A stretch of 64,000 bases of DNA from Paludibacteraceae bacterium (lineage in GTDB: Bacteria > Bacteroidota > Bacteroidia > Bacteroidales > Paludibacteraceae). The stretch lies in NCBI GenBank assembly GCA_045601045.1, contig JAZRZA010000045.1, forward strand, positions 43,415-107,414, read 5' to 3'. Numbering within the stretch: the first letter of the stretch is position 1; every line of letters starts with the position of its first letter. A program made the position numbers and the translations under genes. Below, one piece after another: positions 1 through 8,815 of this stretch. The notes under the pieces are model-generated. The model made no database searches. It saw nothing but the letters and a program-made list of their open reading frames with translations, and was not told the origin of the DNA.

Positions 1-1458
1 CCATCCATCTTCTCCACCTTGGCTACCCAAGATCCGGAAAGACCCTATTTCACGGTGGATAAAATCATGTTGCCGGTGGGAATCTCTTTCTTCACTTTCC
101 AATGTATCAGCTATTTGATGGATATTTTCCGCAGCCGCATCACACCTGTGAAGAATGTTTTGAACTTCGGTTTCTATGTGACCTTCTTCCCTCAGTTGGT
201 GGCGGGTCCTATCGTACGTGCCAACACCTTTATTCCTCAGCTATACAAGAAGTACTTCTTGTCGAGACGCATGTTTGGTATCGCCATGTTCTGGATTTTA
301 AATGGTTTGGCGAAAAAGATTATTTTGAGTGACTATATCGCGGTGAATTTTATCGACCGTGTATTCGACAATCCGACCATGTATTCCGGCTTTGAGAATC
401 TTTCGGCGCTCTTCGCCTACTCATTGCAGGTGTACGCGGACTTCTCCGGTTATACGGATATTGCTATTGGACTGGCGTTGCTGATGGGCTTCTATTTGCC
501 ACAGAACTTTAATTCACCCTACAAGGCCACGAATCCGGGAGAGTTCTGGAAGCGTTGGCATATCTCCCTCTCGAAGTGGCTGCAGGATTACCTCTACGTT
601 CCGTTGGGAGGAAATCGCACCGCCTCTTTTGGAACCTACGCATGTATCCTCACCATCTCCTTTGTGGGCGTGATTCTTTCCGGTAGTATTTGGGTGGCCG
701 TGGTTGTCCTCTCCATTGCGCTGATCGTGACGATCAACTGCTACAGGTATCCGGAAAAGAAAAAGAATCTTACTTCCAATATGAACCGTTTGAATACCAT
801 GTTGTTAGGTGGTTTGTGGCACGGTGCCAGCTGGAATTTTATGATATGGGGTGGTTTGAATGGTTTGGGTATGATTGTATTCCGCTTCTGGAAAGATATG
901 AACTGTTATGTACGTTCTTGGGTCTCTTTGTTGATCGCGGCCATATTCTTTCTGCTCGCGAAGTTCTTCCCGGCTCCTGTTTGGAACATTGCGGTGATCT
1001 GGATGGGTGTGATCGCGGTTGGCTCCTTCTTTAGGATGTTGTACCACTTCTTCGAGGGAACCTCTCCTTTGAAGCCGTTGGCCACCACATGGGCGGTGTT
1101 GCAGACCTTTGTCTTTATTACTTGGACTCGTCTTTTCTTCCGCGCAGGTTCCAATTTGGATCCGGCGCAGGCCAACGAACAGGCGTGGACGACAGCCAAG
1201 GATATGGTGAACCAAATCGGTACGAAGTGGAACACCTCTTTGATCCCGGATATGTTGTGGCAATACCGTTATGTCTTCATTCTTACCATTTTAGGTATGA
1301 TTATCCACTGGTTGCCTGAGCACTTCAAACGTCGTTACCGTTTGTCGTTCGCGATGATGCCGCTTCCGGTGATGGCTGGGGTGGTGATTTTCTCGGTATT
1401 TGTTATTTATCAATTTATCACGGCTGATTTGCAGAAATTCATTTATTTCCAGTTCTAG
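1..1458 (+). CDS. MBOAT-family membrane O-acyltransferase (AlgI/DltB-like); 5' end lies outside the window
   Basis: The frame is open from base 1 with no stop before ORF 19..1458. The protein is multi-pass and hydrophobic, with MBOAT-type motifs LPVGISFFTFQCISY, WKRWHISLSKWLQDYLYVPLGG and GGLWHGASWNF. The position of these motifs implies more than 100 aa are missing upstream. Confidence 0.85.
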   Translation, partial: PSIFSTLATQDPERPYFTVDKIMLPVGISFFTFQCISYLMDIFRSRITPVKNVLNFGFYVTFFPQLVAGPIVRANTFIPQLYKKYFLSRRMFGIAMFWILNGLAKKIILSDYIAVNFIDRVFDNPTMYSGFENLSALFAYSLQVYADFSGYTDIAIGLALLMGFYLPQNFNSPYKATNPGEFWKRWHISLSKWLQDYLYVPLGGNRTASFGTYACILTISFVGVILSGSIWVAVVVLSIALIVTINCYRYPEKKKNLTSNMNRLNTMLLGGLWHGASWNFMIWGGLNGLGMIVFRFWKDMNCYVRSWVSLLIAAIFFLLAKFFPAPVWNIAVIWMGVIAVGSFFRMLYHFFEGTSPLKPLATTWAVLQTFVFITWTRLFFRAGSNLDPAQANEQAWTTAKDMVNQIGTKWNTSLIPDMLWQYRYVFILTILGMIIHWLPEHFKRRYRLSFAMMPLPVMAGVVIFSVFVIYQFITADLQKFIYFQF

Positions 1459-1534
1459 AATTTTTATATGTTATATAGCATTGAATTCGTGAATTTGTAT
1501 TAATTTCGCGTCATAATAAAACCAGTTAATCATA

Positions 1535-2476
1535 ATGGACAGTCAACATCCTTTTTCAGTTTTTGCCGGATCCAATACAAAGTATTTGGCAGAAGAGATA
1601 TGCAACTGTTTGGGTTGCGAATTAGGTAAGATCAATTTGCAAAAATTTGCAGATGGTGAGTTTGGCGTTTCTTACGAAGAGTCAGTTCGTGGACGCTATG
1701 TGTTCTTGGTTCAATCAACAGTTCCGAATGCGGACAACTTGATGGAGCTCCTTTTGATGATCGATGCGGCGAAGAGAGCATCCGCTTACAAGATCATCGC
1801 TGTTATCCCTTACTTCGGTTGGGCACGTCAAGACCGTAAGGATAAGCCACGTGTCGCAATTGGTGCGAAGTTGGTCGCTGATATGTTGACAGCTGCTGGT
1901 ATCGACCGTTTGATTACAATGGATTTGCATGCGGATCAAATTCAAGGATTCTTCAATGTTCCAGTTGATCATTTGTATGCATCTACCGTATTCTTGCCAT
2001 ACATTCAATCCATGAATCTTGAGAACTTGGTAATCGCCTCTCCAGACGTGGGTGGTTCTAAGAGAGCCAACTCTTACTCAAAGTATTTGGGTTGTCCAAT
2101 GGTGCTTTGCCACAAGAGCCGCGAGAAGGCTAATGTTGTGAGCGAGATGACTATCATCGGTGACGTGAAGGGTAAGAACGTTGTGATTTTGGATGATATG
2201 GTGGATACAGCAGGTACTTTGACCAAGGCTGCGGGCATCATGTCAAACGCTGGTGCGACTTCGGTACGTGCCGTTGTCTCTCACGCTGTGATGTCAGATC
2301 CTGCCAGCACCCGTGTGGATGAGTCAAGTTTGGAGGAGATCATCTTCACCAACTCAATTCCTTTCCACAAGAGCTGTCGTAAGGCGCACATCTTGTCAGT
2401 AGCTCCTTTGTTTGCTGATACCATCCAACGTGTGATGGATAATATGTCTATCAGCGAAAATTATTTGACTAAGTAG
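1535..2476 (+). CDS. prs: ribose-phosphate pyrophosphokinase
   Basis: 313 aa. N-terminus VFAGSNTKYLAEEI, PRPP-binding loop VVILDDMVDTAGTL, and typical Prs length and architecture. Confidence 0.95.
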   Translation: MDSQHPFSVFAGSNTKYLAEEICNCLGCELGKINLQKFADGEFGVSYEESVRGRYVFLVQSTVPNADNLMELLLMIDAAKRASAYKIIAVIPYFGWARQDRKDKPRVAIGAKLVADMLTAAGIDRLITMDLHADQIQGFFNVPVDHLYASTVFLPYIQSMNLENLVIASPDVGGSKRANSYSKYLGCPMVLCHKSREKANVVSEMTIIGDVKGKNVVILDDMVDTAGTLTKAAGIMSNAGATSVRAVVSHAVMSDPASTRVDESSLEEIIFTNSIPFHKSCRKAHILSVAPLFADTIQRVMDNMSISENYLTK

Positions 2477-2492
2477 TTTTATTCCTTTATAC

Positions 2493-2524
2493 GGGGCTGG
2501 GTCTATGTAGGTAGGTTCAGCCCC
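2493..2524 (+). terminator. terminator-like hairpin after prs
   Basis: GGGGCTG-N18-CAGCCCC (7-bp GC-rich stem) followed by TTCTTTATCT. It lies 17 nt after the prs stop. The U-tract is imperfect. Confidence 0.4.
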
Positions 2525-2535
2525 TTCTTTATCTC

Positions 2536-5520
2536 GTGTTTGCAGTTGTCATCTCTGAACATCGTCTGTGGGGGTACCGCTTCCAGCCAGCCTTATTGAC
2601 TGAGGAGGGGGCGGAGAGGCTCTCGTGTATTCAGTTGGGAGGTACCAACTTTCCGACAGAAGGACTGACGGATGAGGAGATGAAAATTGTCCGTCTATGC
2701 GAAAAGTATGAGGAGCGTTTTGTGATGCGCCTCTTTGTGAAGGAGAAATTGACGGTGGCGGAGTTCCAGGCTAAATTCATTCGGCAACCCAACGCCTATC
2801 CGCAAATTCTTCCCTTTATAGAAAAAAATAATTATGCGGTCGCTGATTTGTTGAGGCGTGGCGCTATCCCCGTCTATCTTCGGGAGAAAAACTATACGAG
2901 CGTCTATCTCTCCGATCAGATAAGCGTTGTCCATGATTATGTACGGCCTGTGCCATCCTTTTCGCTCACTCCAGAGAAGATGACCTACTCGCTACGGGTA
3001 GTGGCCGGTGAAAAGAGCCAAATGATTCCGCTGAAAAAGCGTCTGATCATCCCTCTTTCGACAGAACCCTGTTGTTTGGTGATAGGCCGGGAACTTTGCC
3101 TCTTCGAATCGATGAATTACAAGCGGATCCTTCCCTTTCTGGAAAAGGATGGTTTGGATGTGCAGCTTCGCACGCTCCCTTCCTATATGAAGAGTTTTGT
3201 CCTCCCGACTTTGGAAAAAGAGGAGGTTGAGGCGAGCGGTTTCACTATTCTCCACCGTACAATCGCCCCTAAACCCGTGTTAAGTCTGGTCGAGGATCTC
3301 TCGCTTCGTCCCGCTTTGAGCCTCACTTTCGACTATGAAGGAGAGGTTTGTGCCGACGATCTTACCAAGAAGCGTTACGTCTCGTTATCGGAGACGGATG
3401 GTTACCGATTCACGGTATTTGAACGGGATATGGAGCTGGAACGCTACTATACCGCCATGTTGGATGAGTTGGGTTTGGTGCGTATCAACAACTACTATTA
3501 CGTACACGATATACGCCAAGGCGAAGGCCATCCCTACGCATTGGGCGAGACCATAGATTTCTTGGTGGACCACAAGGAGGAACTTTCACAGTTCATATTG
3601 AAGCAGAAGATGGATCTTCCGCAATATGTGATGGAGCATCCCTCCATCCATTTTGAAGTGAAGGAGGAGGAGAATCGGGATTGGTTTGATATCTATGCCA
3701 TGGTCTATGTGGGTGGAGAATCCATCCCCTTTGTTCTGCTTCGTGACCATATCTTGGATGGTATCAGTGAGTACACGTTGCCCTCTGGCCAGGTTTTCAT
3801 TATTCCGCAAGCCTGGTTTGCCCAGTATCGGGATCTCTTCCTCTTTACGGAGACTGTGGAAGACGTTGAGGCACCAATTCGTTTGAGGAAGTGCTATGTT
3901 GGCATGTTGGATGCGGGTACCTCCGAACCTGTGCGTCGATTCCGGGGATTGTTGGAGCAGCGGATAGAGGTGCCGAAAACCCTACAAGCCACCTTACGGG
4001 ACTATCAACACATCGGATACTCATGGTTAGTTGGCCTCTATGAAAATGGCTTTGGCGGCTGCTTGGCGGATGATATGGGACTGGGAAAGACAATCCAATT
4101 CTTGGCCTTTTTCTTGAAGGTATATGAGCAGGAGGAGGTGACGCCTTCCGAGGAGGGGGAGAATCCGCCTTCGGAAGAGAGTGTGTGGCCCTATGCGACG
4201 CAGCAACCTTCGCTGTTTGACCAACCCCTTTTCGATTTGCCGGCCATCAAGCAGTATGTGGCCCGTACGAAACCTAAAAAGCATGCCTCGTTAATTGTAT
4301 TGCCCACTTCGTTGCTCTTCAATTGGGTAGGCGAGAAGGAGAAGTTCGCTCCGTCGCTCCGCCATTTGATGTATGTGGGGGATCGTAGAGTGCCTGCTCA
4401 TTTGGTTCACAAAGCATTTGAACATTATGACTTGGTATTTACCACCTATGGCGTGCTGCGACGTGATATTGAGGCCTTGAAGCGGTACCCCTTCGAGTGT
4501 GTGGTGATGGATGAAAGCCAATATGCGAAGAGCGTCTCTTCTCAGACCTATAAAGCCCTATTAGAGCTTAGTGCCAACCACTGTTTCTGTATGTCTGGAA
4601 CGCCGATCGAGAACTCTTTGGAGGATCTCTGGGCACAGATGAATTTGGCCAATCGAGGACTCTTGGGCAAGTTGGAATCGTTTAAGCGAAACTACCTCCA
4701 ACCCATTGTGAAGAGGGGCGATGAGGTGCGTACCGAAAAACTAAAAACGCTTATCAAACCCTTCTTGCTCAGAAGAACCAAAAACGAGGTGGCGAAAGAT
4801 CTTCCACCGATGGTCGAACAGTTGGTCTATTGCGAGATGAACGAGGCGCACAAAGAGTTGTACGAACGGGAGAAGTCTTCGGTTCGCAACGCATTGATGT
4901 CGATGATCTTTGAATCTGGCATCAACAAGAACGCTATTATGGCACTTTCGTCGTTGACCCGTTTGCGCCAATTGTCCAACCATCCTAAACTGCTCTTTGA
5001 GGATAGTACGGTGGCGTCGGAGAAGATGAATGAGGTGATGCGACGCATCATAGATTTGCGAAGCGAGGGGCATAAGGTCTTGATATTCTCTTCGTTTGTC
5101 CGCCATTTGGAACTTTTGCAGGAGCAGTTGGATCTCGCCGCTGTACCTTACGCGAAATTGACCGGTGCCACACAGGATAGGGAGGCACAGGTGCGTCTTT
5201 TCCAGCAAAACAGCGAGGTGACCTGCTTCTTGATATCCTTGAAGGCGGGTGGCGTCGGACTCAATTTGGTGGCTGCCGACTATGTCTTCGTCTTGGATCC
5301 CTGGTGGAATCCCGCCGCTGAGTTGCAGGCTATTGACCGTGCCCATAGGATTGGACAGGACAAAACGGTCTTTGTCTATCGTTTTCTCTCCAAGGATACC
5401 GTCGAGGAGAAAATCCGAGATTTGCAGTCCTCCAAAATGGAACTATCTGACATGTTTGTCAATAACAATAATCCATTTATGGATATCGATCAGGAAACGT
5501 TAGACCATTTGTTCTCTTGA
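2536..5520 (+). CDS. SNF2-family DNA-dependent ATPase/helicase with a large N-terminal accessory region
   Basis: 994 aa. SNF2 motifs are LADDMGLGKTIQ (I), VVMDESQYAKS (II) and MSGTPIENSL (III). The helicase-C block is LISLKAGGVGLNL...DPWWNPAAELQAIDRAHRIGQ. The N-terminal ~480 aa has no catalytic motif. The GTG start at 2536 is uncertain; the first ATG is at 2680. Confidence 0.9.
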   Translation: MFAVVISEHRLWGYRFQPALLTEEGAERLSCIQLGGTNFPTEGLTDEEMKIVRLCEKYEERFVMRLFVKEKLTVAEFQAKFIRQPNAYPQILPFIEKNNYAVADLLRRGAIPVYLREKNYTSVYLSDQISVVHDYVRPVPSFSLTPEKMTYSLRVVAGEKSQMIPLKKRLIIPLSTEPCCLVIGRELCLFESMNYKRILPFLEKDGLDVQLRTLPSYMKSFVLPTLEKEEVEASGFTILHRTIAPKPVLSLVEDLSLRPALSLTFDYEGEVCADDLTKKRYVSLSETDGYRFTVFERDMELERYYTAMLDELGLVRINNYYYVHDIRQGEGHPYALGETIDFLVDHKEELSQFILKQKMDLPQYVMEHPSIHFEVKEEENRDWFDIYAMVYVGGESIPFVLLRDHILDGISEYTLPSGQVFIIPQAWFAQYRDLFLFTETVEDVEAPIRLRKCYVGMLDAGTSEPVRRFRGLLEQRIEVPKTLQATLRDYQHIGYSWLVGLYENGFGGCLADDMGLGKTIQFLAFFLKVYEQEEVTPSEEGENPPSEESVWPYATQQPSLFDQPLFDLPAIKQYVARTKPKKHASLIVLPTSLLFNWVGEKEKFAPSLRHLMYVGDRRVPAHLVHKAFEHYDLVFTTYGVLRRDIEALKRYPFECVVMDESQYAKSVSSQTYKALLELSANHCFCMSGTPIENSLEDLWAQMNLANRGLLGKLESFKRNYLQPIVKRGDEVRTEKLKTLIKPFLLRRTKNEVAKDLPPMVEQLVYCEMNEAHKELYEREKSSVRNALMSMIFESGINKNAIMALSSLTRLRQLSNHPKLLFEDSTVASEKMNEVMRRIIDLRSEGHKVLIFSSFVRHLELLQEQLDLAAVPYAKLTGATQDREAQVRLFQQNSEVTCFLISLKAGGVGLNLVAADYVFVLDPWWNPAAELQAIDRAHRIGQDKTVFVYRFLSKDTVEEKIRDLQSSKMELSDMFVNNNNPFMDIDQETLDHLFS

Positions 5521-5874
5521 TGAGGAATAATCTTTGGGTGTTCGTTCATTGAAAAATGGACCTAATTGATTGAAAATCTTATCGTGTATATTGTTGCTTT
5601 TGTATCTTTGATGCGTCAAATCAATGATTTTTTTATATATTTGTGGCGATAATAGGAGACGACCTTTCGTGAAAAATGCAGAAATGCGTCTCTTTCATAT
5701 ATTGACCCTAAATTGTGTTGTTCTATATATTATTATTAAGTTGGCCCATTGAGAAATACGCCAACTTTTTACTCGGATTTTAAACGTTTAGGGTGGTGTG
5801 AAAGCGGCACAAAAGAGATGTTCCCATTATCAAAGTTGTTTAATTAAATAGTTACTTAAATAAGTATCGTGAAT

Positions 5875-6351
5875 ATGAAAATGAAATATTGTTCCACATT
5901 GACACTTGCCGCTCTTGCGTGTGCCGCATCGTTACAGGCTGCGACGACGGTTTCCGTTTGGATGAAAAATGGTGAGAAGAGTGAGGTTGTCCTCACTGAT
6001 GATGGTAAGATGTTGGTTGAGGCCGACATATTGGCTATTCAAATAGCACCAGGTGCGAAACTAACGACATTTCCTATGGCGGATATCCGAAAAGTGACCT
6101 TCGAAAAGAGTACCATGGGTCTTGACCAAAACCGCGCGGATGAGGTGATTGCCGCCTTCCCTAATCCAGTCAAGGATAGAATGTTCCTTTCCAACGTGAA
6201 GGAGGGCGCGAAACTCTTGGTGTATAATGTGCAGGGAACTTTGGTGGCTGAGATGAATTATACTGAGTTGGGTGTGGATTTGTCATCCCTCGTCTCAGGA
6301 TCCTATATCATCTCGGTTAATGGTGTTTCTATTAAAGTGAATAAGTTATGA
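5875..6351 (+). CDS. small secreted protein with a type A T9SS C-terminal sorting domain
   Basis: Signal peptide MKMKYCSTLTLAALACAASLQA. The C-terminal ~70 aa, FPNPVKDRMFLSNV..LLVYNVQGTLVAEM....LSSLVSGSYIISVNG..IKVNKL, matches the Por/T9SS CTD pattern. The ATG at 5875 is preferred over the GTG at 5869. Confidence 0.8.
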   Translation: MKMKYCSTLTLAALACAASLQAATTVSVWMKNGEKSEVVLTDDGKMLVEADILAIQIAPGAKLTTFPMADIRKVTFEKSTMGLDQNRADEVIAAFPNPVKDRMFLSNVKEGAKLLVYNVQGTLVAEMNYTELGVDLSSLVSGSYIISVNGVSIKVNKL

Positions 6352-8183
6352 AAAAGATTATAATGAGTGCTTTGGCGCTCTCTTTGAGCCTCTCGTCGTG
6401 GGCGGAATACTCGATGCTATTGCATGGTAGCGACGGAAAGGTTGCGACCTATAAATGCTCGGATGTAGATAGCGTAAAAACGGATGGCGTTTCTCTCCGC
6501 TTGCATGGTACCAATGTGACAGAGATTCCATTCGCATCATTGGATAGTATGACCTTCTCTTTGCAATCATCCGCTACCAACAAGGACACTGTCTTTGTTG
6601 TTTATAAGGATGGAAAAGCGGAGGTGGTCAATCCTTTTGAGGGTGAGATTGAGGTGAAGACCGATGGCGCGGGTGTGACAGCTATCTCTTCCGTTGTGGA
6701 TCGTGATGTTGTCTATGCCCTTTCGGGAAAATCATCCAATGGCTATTTCTTGGTTGATTCCGAGAAGAAGTTTAAGGTGGTTTTGAATAATTTGGACCTC
6801 ACCTCCACAGGTGTTGTCTCTCCGATCCGTTCTCTTTCGGGCAAGGGTATGACCTTGGTGTTGAGAGGAAAAAATAGTTTGACTGACTCTGAAAAAGATA
6901 CTTGCAATGCGGTGATCCGTAGCAAGGGACAAATCATCTTTGATGCGGAGTCTGGTGACAACACCTTGGTGGTGAATGCCAAGCAAAAGAGAGCTATCCA
7001 GTCTGGTGACTATATCGTTGTCGATGGTGGAAATATTGAGGCGACCGCTACATTGGGTAATTGCGTCCGCGCCAATGATTATTTCAAGATGACTGGTGGT
7101 AAAATGGTATTAAGAGAGGGTACCTTGAATGTGACCAATGGATACTTCCAAATGGATGGAGGTGAACTCTCTATTGAATCAACCCAGGATGACGCTAAAT
7201 TGGTGGATATAGAGACAGAGACATTGGATGAGGATGGCTTGCCTTTGATTGATGCCACTCATGGTGCCTTTTTCTTGAATGGAGGAAAACTTACTCTCTC
7301 CGCATCAGGTGCGGGAAGCCGTGGCGTGAAGACGGATGGTGACGTTGTGGTGAAGTCGGCTCAAAAATTCAATGTTACCATGAAGGGACCTTCTCTCTAT
7401 GTGCCAGGTGATGGCGTTACCAATGCGACTGGTATAAAGGCTGGTAGAGACCTTCAGATTATAGGAGGAAACCTCTCCGTTGTAGTTACATCTACCGCTG
7501 CTGGCGCTCGTGCGATTGGTGCCGATGGTAAAATCGTTTGTGACGGAGGTGCTGTAGTAGTGGTTGATACAGAGGCTGGACAATTCTCATATACCACAGA
7601 GAAGGGAACTTCTAAGACCAAAAGCAGTGCCGGTATCAAATCTGATGGAGATATTGATTTTAAGTTGTGCGAGGTGGTTGTAAAATCCACTGCGGAGAAC
7701 AATGGTGCGGTGGGCATCTCTTCCGCAAGCAACATCGTGGTGAATAATCGTTCACAGTTGCAAGTGAGTGCGGTTTCCGCTTCTGCGGTCGCGATAGACG
7801 AGGAGAGCGCGGGTGCTTTGATGGTAAAGGAGTCTGGCAAGTTGACCGCCGTCTCAGTCAAAGAAGTTGCTTGTGATTGCGCCATTAGTTCTATGGGAGG
7901 CTGTTTGGTTAGTGTCTCTCCATATAAGCATGCATCCGGATTCTCAGGATCGACCTCTTGTGTTATGATGGATAGAACTTATGATAATTCAAAGTTCGAG
8001 GTTATTGATGCTGATGGAAAAACGATCGCTTATGGTGGAGCCTATGAGGGTATTACCTCTGGTGTCTTGATGGTGGCTGCTCCATTTGTGAACGGTGAAG
8101 ATTATATTTATAAATTGGATGGCGTCTCTTATGAAGTGACCGCTGGTCGCGCAGGAGTATCCATTTCAGTTTCCAAGGAATAA
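6348..8183 (+). CDS. secreted parallel beta-helix protein (Cthe_2159-like carbohydrate-binding family, tentative)
   Basis: The start ATG overlaps the upstream stop (ATGA). Signal peptide ALSLSLSSWA. Irregular ~25-30 aa coils recur: DGGNIEATA, TGGKMVLREG, DGGELSIES, NGGKLTLSAS, IGGNLSVVVTS, DGGAVVVVDT. The family name is from memory of annotation and was not searched. Confidence 0.65.
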   Translation: MKKIIMSALALSLSLSSWAEYSMLLHGSDGKVATYKCSDVDSVKTDGVSLRLHGTNVTEIPFASLDSMTFSLQSSATNKDTVFVVYKDGKAEVVNPFEGEIEVKTDGAGVTAISSVVDRDVVYALSGKSSNGYFLVDSEKKFKVVLNNLDLTSTGVVSPIRSLSGKGMTLVLRGKNSLTDSEKDTCNAVIRSKGQIIFDAESGDNTLVVNAKQKRAIQSGDYIVVDGGNIEATATLGNCVRANDYFKMTGGKMVLREGTLNVTNGYFQMDGGELSIESTQDDAKLVDIETETLDEDGLPLIDATHGAFFLNGGKLTLSASGAGSRGVKTDGDVVVKSAQKFNVTMKGPSLYVPGDGVTNATGIKAGRDLQIIGGNLSVVVTSTAAGARAIGADGKIVCDGGAVVVVDTEAGQFSYTTEKGTSKTKSSAGIKSDGDIDFKLCEVVVKSTAENNGAVGISSASNIVVNNRSQLQVSAVSASAVAIDEESAGALMVKESGKLTAVSVKEVACDCAISSMGGCLVSVSPYKHASGFSGSTSCVMMDRTYDNSKFEVIDADGKTIAYGGAYEGITSGVLMVAAPFVNGEDYIYKLDGVSYEVTAGRAGVSISVSKE

Positions 8184-8203
8184 AACAGTGATGAGATAGA
8201 TTC

Positions 8204-8239
8204 AGCGGAGCGTCTGTATGGATGCTCCGCTATTCTTTT
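8204..8239 (+). terminator. terminator-like hairpin after the beta-helix protein gene
   Basis: AGCGGAGC-N12-GCTCCGCT (8-bp stem) followed by ATTCTTTT. It ends 4 nt before the vsr ATG. Confidence 0.5.
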
Positions 8240-8243
8240 GGGT

Positions 8244-8762
8244 ATGGACAAGATTACGCCAGAACAACGAAGCAAGACGATGTCCCGGATCCGTAGCAAG
8301 AATACGAAACCGGAGATGATGGTGCGGAAGTATCTGTATGCGAACGGATTCCGTTTCCGTGTCAATGTGAAGACGCTGCCTGGTACTCCAGATATTGTTT
8401 TGAAAAAATACCATACGGCCATATTTATCAATGGTTGTTTTTGGCATGGCCATGTTTGTCAGCAAGGCCGAATGCCGAAAAGTAACGTCGCCTTCTGGGA
8501 ACAGAAGATTGCACGCAACATTGCCCGGGATGCGGAAGTTCGTGAAAAATTGAGGGCACTCGGATGGCGTACTATGGTCGTTTGGGAGTGCCAGTTGAAA
8601 CGAGCTGTGCGGGAGCAGACATTGGCGGAAATAGTCTATTTGTTAAATGGGGCGTTTCTTGACCTCTATCGCAAGAAAAGCGAGCCCGATGAGTTGTCTG
8701 TCGCCGAAGATCCTAATATGCCGTTAGTGGCAGAAAAAGGCCACTCTTACGGAGAAGAGTGA
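8244..8762 (+). CDS. vsr: very short patch repair endonuclease (T:G mismatch)
   Basis: Canonical Vsr N-terminal core: RSKTMSRIRSKNTKPE..VRK.L...GFRFR......LPGTPDIVL.KY...IFINGCFWHGH. It is followed by ...WE.KI..N..RD......L...GW....VWEC. An extra ~35-aa acidic C-terminal tail is present. Confidence 0.9.
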   Translation: MDKITPEQRSKTMSRIRSKNTKPEMMVRKYLYANGFRFRVNVKTLPGTPDIVLKKYHTAIFINGCFWHGHVCQQGRMPKSNVAFWEQKIARNIARDAEVREKLRALGWRTMVVWECQLKRAVREQTLAEIVYLLNGAFLDLYRKKSEPDELSVAEDPNMPLVAEKGHSYGEE

Positions 8763-8815
8763 CCTTTCTAGCTTGCTATTGATTGAGATCGCCTACCTTT
8801 TGCTTTGCCTACCTT

